Assembly: GCA_027065125.1 (NCBI GenBank)
Contig: JAMOOV010000180.1
Coordinates: 14,437-78,436 of the forward strand
Reading direction: 5' to 3'
DNA from: Campylobacterales bacterium
Lineage (GTDB): Bacteria > Campylobacterota > Campylobacteria > Campylobacterales > JALSKU01
DNA: 64,000 nucleotides
The position numbers and the translations under genes are program-made. This document shows positions 10,527 through 19,897 of the stretch, piece after piece. Each line of letters begins with the position of its first letter. Within the stretch, counting starts at the first letter, position 1. The notes beneath the pieces are model-generated. The model worked only from the letters and a program-made list of their open reading frames with translations. It did no database searches and had not been told where the DNA came from.

Positions 10527-11595
10527 CTATTGCATTTGACAACTCTTGAGGTTGAGTGGAAAATCTAATGGCTGTATTTTTGTCTATTAAATTATTTCTT
10601 ATAGCTTCTATCATTGACTGAGTTTGTGTTTTCATACCTGTTTTCATTTGATTTAATTGCATTTGAGAATATAATTGATGTATTTTGTTTTCTCTTATTA
10701 GATTTGAGACAGCTGCATTTGTTAATAAAATTTCCTGAATAGCAACCCTTCCTCCCCCAATTTTTGGCAATAAGCTTTGAGATATGATAGCAGTCAAAGA
10801 AGTTGATAACATATTTCTCACTTGTACTTGTTCGCCACCTTCAAAGCTATCTACTATCCTATTTATTGTTTGAACTGCGGAGTTTGTATGCAAAGTTCCA
10901 AATACTAAGTGTCCTGTTTCTGCCGCAGTAATAGCAGTGGATATAGTTTCTCTATCTCTCATCTCGCCAACTAAGATTATGTCCGGATCTTCTCTTAGGG
11001 AGTATTTAAGACCGTTTGCAAAGCTATATGTATCAACCCCGACATTTCTGTGAGAAAATAGAGATTTTTTATTTTCATGAATAAATTCAACAGGATCCTC
11101 AATGGTAATGATATGTTTTTCTTCAGATAAATTTATCTCATTTAGCATAGCCGCAAGAGTTGTTGATTTACCGCTTCCAGTAGGTCCTGTTACCAAGATA
11201 AGACCCTTCTCTTTTTTTACAATATCTTTAAATATTGCCGGTAGTTTTAATTCATCAATAGAAGGTATTTTTATAGGTATAGTTCTAAAAGCTGCTGCTA
11301 CTTCACCATTCATAGTATAGTAATAATTTGCCCTAAATCTTCCGATATTTGGCAATTCTACAGCAAAGTCAAGCTCCTTATTTTCTTCAAGATTTTTTTT
11401 CTGCCTATCTGTAATAAGAGAGTAACACATATCTTCAATAGTTTTACCGTTTAACTTTGGTAAATCAAGTGGTGTAAGTTTTCCATCTATTCTGATTTGA
11501 GGTTCGCTTCTGCTGACAAGATGCAAATCTGAAGCTTTATATTCTGCTATGCTTTTTAAAAGAGCTCTTATATCTATATTGTTTATATCTGCCAT
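10516..11595 (-). CDS. pilT: type IV pilus retraction (twitching motility) ATPase PilT
   Basis: 359 aa. Walker A is GPTGSGKSTT, Walker B / Asp box is ILVGEMRD, His box is GHLVFGTLHT, and the PilT-specific AxxNLIRE motif reads AVSNLIRENK. Confidence 0.9.
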   Translation of the reverse strand: MADINNIDIRALLKSIAEYKASDLHLVSRSEPQIRIDGKLTPLDLPKLNGKTIEDMCYSLITDRQKKNLEENKELDFAVELPNIGRFRANYYYTMNGEVAAAFRTIPIKIPSIDELKLPAIFKDIVKKEKGLILVTGPTGSGKSTTLAAMLNEINLSEEKHIITIEDPVEFIHENKKSLFSHRNVGVDTYSFANGLKYSLREDPDIILVGEMRDRETISTAITAAETGHLVFGTLHTNSAVQTINRIVDSFEGGEQVQVRNMLSTSLTAIISQSLLPKIGGGRVAIQEILLTNAAVSNLIRENKIHQLYSQMQLNQMKTGMKTQTQSMIEAIRNNLIDKNTAIRFSTQPQELSNAIGVL

Positions 11596-11604
11596 GTTTT
11601 TACC

Positions 11605-11895
11605 TTATTCAATGATTTTTGGTACTACAAAAAACTCATTCTCTTTTTTAGGAGCATTATTTAAAATAATTTCGATGACTTCATTGTTATTTTTTGGAAT
11701 ATCTTCTCTAAAAGGAGTACCGCCCCTTAATGTCGTAAACGATGCATCTTTATTTTCAAGATCAAGTTCACTTAAATTTTCAACAAAATTAACGATTTCA
11801 TTCAAATTCTCTACCATTTCATCTTTTTGTTCATTTTTTATCTCAACCATGGATAATTTTTCTAATTTTTCCAATATATTTTTATCTACTTGCAT
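11605..11895 (-). CDS. gatC: Asp/Glu-tRNA amidotransferase subunit C
   Basis: The track ORF starts at a GTG (11907). The ATG at 11895 gives MQVDKNILEKLEKLSMVEIKNEQKDE..., matching the usual GatC N-terminus. About 96 aa. Confidence 0.85.
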   Translation of the reverse strand: MQVDKNILEKLEKLSMVEIKNEQKDEMVENLNEIVNFVENLSELDLENKDASFTTLRGGTPFREDIPKNNNEVIEIILNNAPKKENEFFVVPKIIE

Positions 11896-12057
11896 TATTA
11901 TTCCCACATTAAATTATTAAAATTTGTGTATTATACCAAAAACAAAATAAAATAACACTAATTATGACATTTATTATAATTTGGTATTTATATCAATCAT
12001 AAACCGAGTTTAATTTTAAATGTGATAATATGTTAAAAATTTTTAAAGGATTTTGAT

Positions 12058-12657
12058 TTGAGTTTAAAAGAAGATATTAATGCGGTAAAAGAAGAATTAA
12101 ATACCGAAGAGCAATTTTTAGAGGGATTGATTAGAGCTGAAAGATTTTACAAAAAGTATAAAAAACAATTAATCGGCTTAATATCTGTATTGTTGATAGT
12201 TTTTGTGACTTACTCTATAAAAGTTTATATAGACGAGAGCAATTTAAAAACTTCCAATGAGGCATATTTAAAATTGTTATCACATCCAAATGATACACAA
12301 GCATTGGCAGTTTTAAAATCAAAAAATCAAAACCTATATTATGCATATAAATTTCAACAAGCAACTAAAAAAAATGACAAAAGCCTTTTTAAAGAGGTTA
12401 TAAATAACTCAAAAGATAACTATCTAAAAGATTTGTCAAGTTATCAAATATCTTCAATAGATAACAAGAAAAGTGAAATTGATGCATATATTGATAACTC
12501 AAAAGTTGGTCTTTTGAAAAATATGGCTCTACTAGAAGATGCCTATTTACTTTTAAAAAAGAATAAAAAAAATGAAGCTAAGTTAAAGTTATCAATGATA
12601 GAGGTAAATTCTCCTATTAGAAGTATAGCTGTTAATTTAGAACATTATATCAAATAG
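12058..12657 (+). CDS. hypothetical single-pass membrane protein, YfgM-like architecture
   Basis: TTG start. Acidic N-terminus, then KKYKKQ plus a TM helix (LIGLISVLLIVFVTYSI), then a helical periplasmic part. It precedes a BamB-like lipoprotein gene as yfgM does in E. coli. Confidence 0.35.
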   Translation: MSLKEDINAVKEELNTEEQFLEGLIRAERFYKKYKKQLIGLISVLLIVFVTYSIKVYIDESNLKTSNEAYLKLLSHPNDTQALAVLKSKNQNLYYAYKFQQATKKNDKSLFKEVINNSKDNYLKDLSSYQISSIDNKKSEIDAYIDNSKVGLLKNMALLEDAYLLLKKNKKNEAKLKLSMIEVNSPIRSIAVNLEHYIK

Positions 12658-12672
12658 CCAAGGAAAATATTT

Positions 12673-13683
12673 ATGTCAAATATATTAAAAAGTACTATTT
12701 TTGTAGTTTTACTTCTATTGTTTGCTGGATGTTCCTCAAAGAGTCTTTATGAACCTGCAAAAGTAGCAGGATATGTGAGTTTTGATGGCAATCTTCCTGC
12801 AAAAATCGTAGATGTTACAAGAAGTGGAGCAACTTTAGAAAATGGTCAAATAATAACAAAAACAAAAGGCTTAATAGATGTTAAAATTGAAAAAGATTAT
12901 AGATTTTTATCATTTGTAGATAATAAAATAATTTCCACTTCTTCTACGGGAAATATTGTGATAAAAAACTTCGATGGAAAACAGTTGTTTTCTCATGATT
13001 TCAAAAATATAGTGGCATCAGCCAATTTAAAAAATAATATACTTGCTATAGTTTTTGCAAATAATAAATTGATGGTTTACGATATAAAAAACAAACAAGT
13101 TCTTTTTGAAAAAAAACTTGATGATATTTATGCAGTTGATGCAAGAATGGCAAATCCTTATTTTTTAGGGAAGCTTATTGTGTTTCCTGCACTTGACGGA
13201 AGATTGGTGATAGTAAGCAGTGTTACAAACAAAGTAGTTAGAGATATAGTTGTTAGCAGTAAGCCCTATTTTAACAATGTGATATTTTTAAGTGTGCTTG
13301 ATAATAGACTTGTTGCTGCTACTCAAAACAGAGTTGTATCAATCAGTCCTACAAATGTAGCTTATATGGATATTGGTGTTAAAGATATTATATTTCTTGG
13401 AGAAAGAATTTTTATATTTACAAAAGACGGAAGGATTATACTGGCTACTTCAAATTTAAAAAGTTTAAAAGAGAAAAAATTTAAATTTGCCAACTTTTCA
13501 ACTGCGATATATGGAAATTTTGTCTATGTTATAGAAAAGAACGGATATTTGATAGCTGTTGATAAAGATTTGATTACTTCAAATGTTTATAAATTGCCAG
13601 ACCCTATAGAGAGCTTGATGTTTACAACAAGTGATACTTTATATTATGATGATAAATATTTTAAATTAAATAAGGTTAAATAG
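12673..13683 (+). CDS. lipoprotein with PQQ-like beta-propeller repeats (BamB-like)
   Basis: Lipobox LLLFAGCSS. Repeated motifs DGRLVIV, KDGRIILA and KNGYLIAVD are typical of BamB/PQQ-like blades. 336 aa. Confidence 0.45.
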   Translation: MSNILKSTIFVVLLLLFAGCSSKSLYEPAKVAGYVSFDGNLPAKIVDVTRSGATLENGQIITKTKGLIDVKIEKDYRFLSFVDNKIISTSSTGNIVIKNFDGKQLFSHDFKNIVASANLKNNILAIVFANNKLMVYDIKNKQVLFEKKLDDIYAVDARMANPYFLGKLIVFPALDGRLVIVSSVTNKVVRDIVVSSKPYFNNVIFLSVLDNRLVAATQNRVVSISPTNVAYMDIGVKDIIFLGERIFIFTKDGRIILATSNLKSLKEKKFKFANFSTAIYGNFVYVIEKNGYLIAVDKDLITSNVYKLPDPIESLMFTTSDTLYYDDKYFKLNKVK

Positions 13684-13689
13684 GGTTTT

Positions 13690-14520
13690 ATGTCTTCACC
13701 TGCTCTTGAAGCTTATTTGGAGTATATAGTAGTAGTAAAAGGATTGTCCAAAAGTACTGTTTTGGCCTACCAGGGAGACTTGGAGGATTTTGAGAATTTT
13801 TTAAAAAAAGATATTATTGGTGCAACATTAGATGATATTTTGGATTATCTTCAAAAATATGATAACAGAAATACCATCAACAGAAAACTCTCCGCAATAA
13901 ATGCTTTTTTTGCTTTTTGTGTAAAAGAGGATTTTATAGCATCATCTCCCTCTCTAAAACAGTTTAAGCCTGTCAAAAAATTACCGGTTTTATTAGAGTA
14001 TGAAGATATCATAAAAGGTATAAAATTTATTAAAAAAAAGAATTGGATAGGGTATAGAGATATTGCATTTATACTATTTTTATATGCTACCGGAGTTAGA
14101 GTTAGCGAAGCTATCGAGGCAAAAAAAGATGATATTACCAGAGAATGGCTAAAGATAAGAAATGCAAAGGGCGATAAACAAAGGATTGTGCCTTTGGCAC
14201 CAATGGCTTTATATGCGATAGAAGAGTATTTGAATAAAAGAGATAAAAAAAGTGAATATTTATGGTTAAATTACAAAGGGGGAAAGATGAGTAGAATTAC
14301 TGCCTTTAAAATAACTAAAAAATATCTAAATGTATCACCTCATGTCTTAAGACACTCTTTTGCAACATCATTAGTTATCGGAGGAGCTGATCTGAGGGTT
14401 GTTCAAGAGTTACTCGGACACTCATCCATAATCACTACTCAAATTTATACACATATTCAGCAAAAAAATTTAGAACAAACAGTTAGAAAATTTCATCCTC
14501 TATCAAGCGAGGCAACATGA
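13690..14520 (+). CDS. site-specific tyrosine recombinase, XerC/XerD family
   Basis: 276 aa with an N-terminal SAM-like domain ([26 protein letters not shown]). The catalytic region is ATGVRVSEA ... [38 protein letters not shown] (R-H-R-Y). Confidence 0.85.
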   Translation: MSSPALEAYLEYIVVVKGLSKSTVLAYQGDLEDFENFLKKDIIGATLDDILDYLQKYDNRNTINRKLSAINAFFAFCVKEDFIASSPSLKQFKPVKKLPVLLEYEDIIKGIKFIKKKNWIGYRDIAFILFLYATGVRVSEAIEAKKDDITREWLKIRNAKGDKQRIVPLAPMALYAIEEYLNKRDKKSEYLWLNYKGGKMSRITAFKITKKYLNVSPHVLRHSFATSLVIGGADLRVVQELLGHSSIITTQIYTHIQQKNLEQTVRKFHPLSSEAT

Positions 14521-14846
14521 AAAATATATTGGATTATTTACAAAAAAGAAAATACATTTTTAAAAAATTTGAAAAAATTGACAATAAAATATTAAAAACA
14601 AGAAAAAAGATAGAGATATATAAGGCGGTAAATTTAAAATCTTTTTATATGGCTATATTTTTTTATAATGGCAAAAGTAGGTTTATTTTAAAAAATGCAA
14701 AAGAGATTTTAGAGCTTATGGAAAAATTAAAAGATATTAGTAAGCATAATTATAAAAAGAGTATTTTGATGGTTGAAGGTGCAATATGTTCAAAAGCTAA
14801 AAAAATTCTTGAAGATAATGGCTGGAGGATATATGTTATTGTGTGA
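14517..14846 (+). CDS. hypothetical protein
   Basis: 109-aa Lys-rich ORF. ATGA overlap with the recombinase stop, and it overlaps the coaX start. No recognisable motif. Confidence 0.4.
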   Translation: MKNILDYLQKRKYIFKKFEKIDNKILKTRKKIEIYKAVNLKSFYMAIFFYNGKSRFILKNAKEILELMEKLKDISKHNYKKSILMVEGAICSKAKKILEDNGWRIYVIV

Positions 14847-15444
14847 TGTAGGTAACACCAATATACATTTTTATAAAGACGGAATGACTTGGGCAAAACC
14901 TTCGACTATAAAAAATATAACTTCAATAGAGGAAAAATTTTACTATATATGTGTAAATGAAGGTTTAAAAGATAGAATTTCCAATATAAGTTTTGCCACC
15001 AATTTAGAGCCATATTTTAATTTGGATACAATATATCAAGGACTTGGTATTGATAGAATTGCAGCTTGTATGGCCATAGAAAATGGTATTATTGTTGATG
15101 CCGGAAGTGCAATAACAGTTGATATTATGGCAAATGGTATCCATCTCGGAGGATATATTATGCCGGGATTATTGGCTTTGCAAGAGAGTTTTAAAAATAT
15201 ATCTTCAAGATTGGATATAAGAATAAATCCAAATGTTGATTTTGATATAATACCTCAAAATAGTATGGAAGCTATTAGCTATGGTGTCGTTAAACCTATT
15301 GTTATGATGATAGAAGAGACTAAAAAAAATAAAAAGATATATTTTACTGGTGGAGATGGAAAGTTTTTTGCTAAATTTTTCAATAATGCCATTTATGATA
15401 GTAGCCTTATTTTTAAGGGAATGTTAAAAGTGATAAAAGAATAG
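14833..15444 (+). CDS. coaX: type III pantothenate kinase
   Basis: The track ORF starts at 14773. The ATG at 14833, preceded by GGAGG, gives [14 protein letters not shown], the canonical CoaX N-terminus. An ASKHA-fold motif GIDR follows. Confidence 0.85.
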   Translation: MLLCDVGNTNIHFYKDGMTWAKPSTIKNITSIEEKFYYICVNEGLKDRISNISFATNLEPYFNLDTIYQGLGIDRIAACMAIENGIIVDAGSAITVDIMANGIHLGGYIMPGLLALQESFKNISSRLDIRINPNVDFDIIPQNSMEAISYGVVKPIVMMIEETKKNKKIYFTGGDGKFFAKFFNNAIYDSSLIFKGMLKVIKE

Positions 15445-15454
15445 AAGGATAAAT

Positions 15455-16066
15455 ATGTTAAGCATTGCTTTGCCCAAAGGAAGAATAGCCGAGGATACTT
15501 TGGCTATTTTTGAAGAGATTTTTAAGAAAAAGTTTATTTTTGAAGATAGAAAATTGATATTAAAAAATAAAGATTTTACCTTTTTGCTTGTTAGAAATCA
15601 AGATGTTCCCGTTTATGTATTGCATCAAGCAGCAGATCTTGGGGTGGTGGGTCTTGATGTTTTAGAAGAAAAAGAGCTTGATTTGGTGGATTTGTTGGAT
15701 TTAAAAATTGGAAAATGCAAAGTTTGTGTAGGCATGAAAAATGAAGATGAATTAAATCCCGACAAACCCTCTATAAAAGTAGCAACGAAGATGGAGAACA
15801 TCGCAAGAAAGCACTTTTCAAACAAAGCTATGGCAGCAGAGATTATAAAACTTTATGGCTCAATTGAATTAGCCCCTTTGGTTGGAATGTGCGATGCGAT
15901 AGTCGATATAGTTGAAACCGGAACAACTATGAAACAAAATGGTTTGAAAGTGGTAGAAACTATCATGAGTTCATCTGCTCACCTTATAGCCAATAAAAAC
16001 AGTTTTATTTCCAAAAAAAAGGAGATACTCTCTCTGTATCAAAATATAGCTAAGATAGTTGGTTGA
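15455..16066 (+). CDS. hisG: ATP phosphoribosyltransferase, short form
   Basis: 203 aa with LSIALPKGRIAEDTL and VDIVETGTTMKQNGL. Confidence 0.9.
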   Translation: MLSIALPKGRIAEDTLAIFEEIFKKKFIFEDRKLILKNKDFTFLLVRNQDVPVYVLHQAADLGVVGLDVLEEKELDLVDLLDLKIGKCKVCVGMKNEDELNPDKPSIKVATKMENIARKHFSNKAMAAEIIKLYGSIELAPLVGMCDAIVDIVETGTTMKQNGLKVVETIMSSSAHLIANKNSFISKKKEILSLYQNIAKIVG

Positions 16067-17849
16067 GTTCGGCTATAGTTTTGGCATCTTTTTGATTTAG
16101 CACTTTTGATAGCTCGTCCTCTTTTGCCTTATGGATAGCTTCAAATGTTCCAAAGTATGTAAGAAGTTTTTTTACTTTTGCCGAACCTATACCTTTTTGA
16201 TTTAAAAGCTCTGTTTGACGATCGTGCTTTTGTTTTTGGGATCTATGGAAGTTTATGGCAAATCTATGAGCCTCATCTCTTAGTCTTTGGATAAACTGTA
16301 AAACTTTGCTATCGCTTTGAAGTGCTATTTTGCCATCTTTGTTGTAAATTTTATCTTCTGCTTTTCCTTTTGCTCTAATGGTTCTTTTTTGTTTTTTTTC
16401 TTTTGAAATAGCAACTATGTCTAAAGAAACTCCAAAACTTTCGGATATGTCGTATGCTAATTTCAAAAGAGTTTCTCCACCATCAATCACCCAAAGATCC
16501 GGAGGAGGATTTTTCTCAAAACTCTCACATCTTCTTATGAGTAATTCTCTCATTTGAGCATATTCATCCCTTTGGGTTAAGTTGTATCTTTTATATCTAT
16601 CTTTTTTAAAACCATTTTCATAAACGATACAAGAACCTACCGGCGATGTGCCTTGTAGATGGGAATTATCAAAAGCCTCTATGGTATTTGGAGTGCTTGA
16701 TAGTTGCAAAGTGCTTTTTAACTCTTTTAAAGTATCGTCTAAAATTGTATCTTTACTTTTTAAAAGAGTCTCTTTGGCATTATTGTAGGCTATGGCAGTC
16801 AACTCCTTTTTTGCTCCAATTTTTGGTATGCTTATCTTGAGTCTTTTATCTACTTTTTCTTGCAAAAAGCTCTCTATCTGCTCTTTTTGCTCAAACTCTT
16901 CATGTAAAATTATATCTTTTGCGATTTTAGGTTTGTCATCTTTGTAGAACTCTATGATAGTAGCAGCATATATCTCATCTTTGCTAAGTCCGTTATCATT
17001 TTTTATGATATTGGAACTTAGAGATACTATCTTCCCCTCTCTGACGAACATTTTTACCAAAGAGGCTCTTTTTTCCTCTTTGTATAAGGCAAATATATCT
17101 ATATTGGCTCTGTTTTTTAAATCAACTTGAGAAATTATTTCACTATCTTGTATCTTTTTTATGCTATCTCTTAATCTTGCAGCCTCTTCAAAAAGTTCTT
17201 TTTCGGCATAAAAAAGCATTTTCCCTTCCAAGAGTTTTAAAAGAGTTTTTTTACTTTTTAATGTTTCAAGGGCTTGAAAAAGTATCTCTTTGTACTCTTT
17301 TTGGCTTATTTTTCCCTCGCAAGGAGCTTTGCATTTGCCTATTTGATAAAATAAACAAGCTTTTTTGCCCTTTATGGAGCCTCTTTTTTGGACAAGAGGA
17401 TATAAATCATAAAGAGATTGAAGTATATCTCTTGAAGCTGTTGTAAATGGACCGAAGTAATTTATATTTTGTCCCTTTTTTACTTTTCTGGTTATTTCAA
17501 ATCTTGGAAATTCTTCATTTAAATCTATGTAAATATATGGGTAAGTTTTATCGTCTCTTAAAAGTATATTGTATTTTGGTTTTAATTGTTTTATGAGAGA
17601 ATTTTCAAGTATCAAAGCATCATGTTCATTTGAAACCACTATATAATCCAAAGATGCAGTTTCTTTTATCATTTTTTTTATTCTAAGAGATAGTCTTGGA
17701 GATGGCGACAGGGTAGGAGAAAAGTGAAAATAGCTTTTTACTCTATGTTTTAAACTTTTAGCTTTTCCTATATATAAAAGTTTGCCATCTTTGTCAAAAT
17801 ATTGGTAAACACCAGGAGAGTTAGGTAAACTTTTTATCTTTTCTATCAT
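16050..17849 (-). CDS. uvrC: excinuclease ABC subunit C
   Basis: 599 aa with an N-terminal GIY-YIG domain (GVYQYFDKDGKLLYIGKAKSLKHRVKSY), a UVR domain and a C-terminal HhH. Confidence 0.95.
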   Translation of the reverse strand: MIEKIKSLPNSPGVYQYFDKDGKLLYIGKAKSLKHRVKSYFHFSPTLSPSPRLSLRIKKMIKETASLDYIVVSNEHDALILENSLIKQLKPKYNILLRDDKTYPYIYIDLNEEFPRFEITRKVKKGQNINYFGPFTTASRDILQSLYDLYPLVQKRGSIKGKKACLFYQIGKCKAPCEGKISQKEYKEILFQALETLKSKKTLLKLLEGKMLFYAEKELFEEAARLRDSIKKIQDSEIISQVDLKNRANIDIFALYKEEKRASLVKMFVREGKIVSLSSNIIKNDNGLSKDEIYAATIIEFYKDDKPKIAKDIILHEEFEQKEQIESFLQEKVDKRLKISIPKIGAKKELTAIAYNNAKETLLKSKDTILDDTLKELKSTLQLSSTPNTIEAFDNSHLQGTSPVGSCIVYENGFKKDRYKRYNLTQRDEYAQMRELLIRRCESFEKNPPPDLWVIDGGETLLKLAYDISESFGVSLDIVAISKEKKQKRTIRAKGKAEDKIYNKDGKIALQSDSKVLQFIQRLRDEAHRFAINFHRSQKQKHDRQTELLNQKGIGSAKVKKLLTYFGTFEAIHKAKEDELSKVLNQKDAKTIAELNQLS

Positions 17850-17858
17850 GATTGTCCA

Positions 17859-18317
17859 TCAATTATCTTCTAAATTTTTTTTAATACTTTTTTGTATTTT
17901 TTTAAATAAATCTATATATGTTTCATTTTGAGTTTTAATATCAAAATTTCCGGTAGATTTTTCTAAATACTCTATTTTACTCTCATTTTGCTTCATATTT
18001 TTTCTTTTAAATTTTGTTTTATTCGAATTAAACACTTTTATTTGTTCAACTTCTATATCTTTGCATTTTAAATCAAGCTTTTTTAACTTTTTTAATAGTT
18101 CCTTTATTAAATTAACATTATAATTAAATTCCATTTTATAACCGGGATGATTTAAAGCAAAAAAAAGTGTTTTATTTTTAATATACATAAAACTAATTGC
18201 TTGACTTAATCTTGTCGGCAAGAGTGATGTTAATTTATTAAAACACTCTATTTGGTTTAATCTAGAATGAAAGGAACGATTTTTTAAATGAGATATTATT
18301 TCAATAGACTTTTTCAT
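17859..18317 (-). CDS. hypothetical protein, DUF721 / DciA-like pattern
   Basis: 152 aa. The segment IECFNKLTSLLPTRLSQAISFMYIKNKTLFFALNHPGYKMEFNYNVNLIKELL resembles the DUF721 layout. This is a weak, by-eye call. Confidence 0.3.
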   Translation of the reverse strand: MKKSIEIISHLKNRSFHSRLNQIECFNKLTSLLPTRLSQAISFMYIKNKTLFFALNHPGYKMEFNYNVNLIKELLKKLKKLDLKCKDIEVEQIKVFNSNKTKFKRKNMKQNESKIEYLEKSTGNFDIKTQNETYIDLFKKIQKSIKKNLEDN

Positions 18318-18464
18318 TTTATTATTATAGCAAATTTATTTATATTTTTAAGTGGCTGTGGATACAAGACCAATCCTGTCTATCAAAATAGAGATACGAG
18401 TAAACAGTACTTATCAAAAAACTATTATATAAAATATGGGATAAATAGAGTTGCAAATATTTGA
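18288..18464 (+). CDS. candidate small lipoprotein (58-aa precursor), below the ORF-track size cutoff
   Basis: ATG at 18288 directly follows an in-frame TAA. My translation is MRYYFNRLFHFIIIANLFIFLSGCGYKTNPVYQNRDTSKQYLSKNYYIKYGINRVANI. It has a basic n-region, a hydrophobic core and the lipobox L-S-G-C. It overlaps the 5' end of the divergent gene by 30 nt and the nadB start by 14 nt. Confidence 0.4.
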   Translation: MRYYFNRLFHFIIIANLFIFLSGCGYKTNPVYQNRDTSKQYLSKNYYIKYGINRVANI

Positions 18465-19896
18465 TGTTATTATAGTCGGAGCAGGTATTGCGGGTTTGAA
18501 TACGGCACTGAATATACCAAAAGATAAAAAAGTATTGGTTTTGTGTAAAGAAAATTCTTGGGATTGCAATACATTCTATGCTCAAGGTGGCATAAGTGTT
18601 GCTATTGATGAAAATGATATTGACTCGCATATCAAAGATACTTTATCTGCTGGAGCCGGACTTTGCGATGAAGAAGCAGTTCGAGTATTGTGTAGCGAAG
18701 GTAGAAGTGCCGTCAAATCTCTCATAGATCTTGGTTTTGAATTTGATAAAGATACCGATGGCAATCTTTTATATACCAAAGAGGCTGCACACGGTAAAAA
18801 CAGAATTTTACATGCAGGGGGAGATGCGACAGGAAGAGTTATGCATCTTTTTTTGATGCAGAACAATCCTCATCCTCTAATGTATAAAACAACAGTTATA
18901 AATATATTGAAAAAAGATGATACTATTTATGGAGTAAGGGTTTTTCATAAAGGGAAATATAAAAATCTATATTGCAAAAATTTAGTATTGGCAAGTGGAG
19001 GAATAGGCTCTTTGTATGAATTTCATACGAATTCAAGAACTATAAGTGCCGACATTCAAGGTCTTGGCATAGAGTGCGGATGTGAACTTAGAGATATGGA
19101 AATGACACAATTTCACCCTACGGTTTTTGTCAATACCGACAAAGCAAGAAAACAGTTATTAAGCGAATCTCTTAGAGGAGAAGGTGCATATGTCGTCAAT
19201 GAAAAAAATGAGAGATTTTTATTTGATTATGATAAAAGAGGAGAGCTTAGCCCCAGGGATATAGTCAGTAGAGCTATTTTTGATTATAAACAAAAAAATG
19301 AGGGAGAAACGGTTTATCTCTCATTTGAAAATTTTGAAAAAGAGTTTTTTAAAAAGAGATTTCCTACTATTTATTACAATCTAAAAGATCTTGGTTTTAA
19401 TTTGCCCGAAGATAGAGTTCCTATATCACCTGCATTTCACTATTTTATGGGTGGCATAAAGTGCGATATTGATACAAGGGTGGAAGGTTTTAAAAATCTA
19501 TTTGTAGTAGGAGAAGTTGCAAATACCAGAGTTCATGGAGCAAATAGACTTGCTAGCAATTCACTTCTTGAGGGATTAGTTTTTTCTATAAGAGCTGCAA
19601 AAACTATCTTGAAAAATAGTTATGATTTTTCTCATATTGAATTTGAAGAGGATGATGAGCCTCTGTTTAAAATAAATGACAAGATATATAAAAATGAATT
19701 GAGAAAATTGATGTGGAATAATGTTGGAATAATAAGGACACAAGAAAAGTTGCAATTTGCTTTAGATAGAGTCAATGAGTTACTTTTTAAGGACATTGGA
19801 AAATTATTGAGGTTGAGATTAAAGACATCTCAAGAGATTATAAAAAGTGCAATAAAGAGGAAAAAATCACTCGGAGCACACTATATAAAGGAGTAG
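18451..19896 (+). CDS. nadB: L-aspartate oxidase
   Basis: TTG start. FAD motif DVIIVGAGIAGL and RVHGANRLASNSLLEGLVF. 481 aa. Confidence 0.9.
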   Translation: MQIFDVIIVGAGIAGLNTALNIPKDKKVLVLCKENSWDCNTFYAQGGISVAIDENDIDSHIKDTLSAGAGLCDEEAVRVLCSEGRSAVKSLIDLGFEFDKDTDGNLLYTKEAAHGKNRILHAGGDATGRVMHLFLMQNNPHPLMYKTTVINILKKDDTIYGVRVFHKGKYKNLYCKNLVLASGGIGSLYEFHTNSRTISADIQGLGIECGCELRDMEMTQFHPTVFVNTDKARKQLLSESLRGEGAYVVNEKNERFLFDYDKRGELSPRDIVSRAIFDYKQKNEGETVYLSFENFEKEFFKKRFPTIYYNLKDLGFNLPEDRVPISPAFHYFMGGIKCDIDTRVEGFKNLFVVGEVANTRVHGANRLASNSLLEGLVFSIRAAKTILKNSYDFSHIEFEEDDEPLFKINDKIYKNELRKLMWNNVGIIRTQEKLQFALDRVNELLFKDIGKLLRLRLKTSQEIIKSAIKRKKSLGAHYIKE

Positions 19897-19897
19897 T

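Noticed and set aside
18340-18630. 96-aa minus-strand ORF across the nadB start.
   Set aside because: It is low-complexity, overlaps the nadB 5' end antisense, and has no RBS. The + strand lipoprotein ORF and nadB explain the region better.
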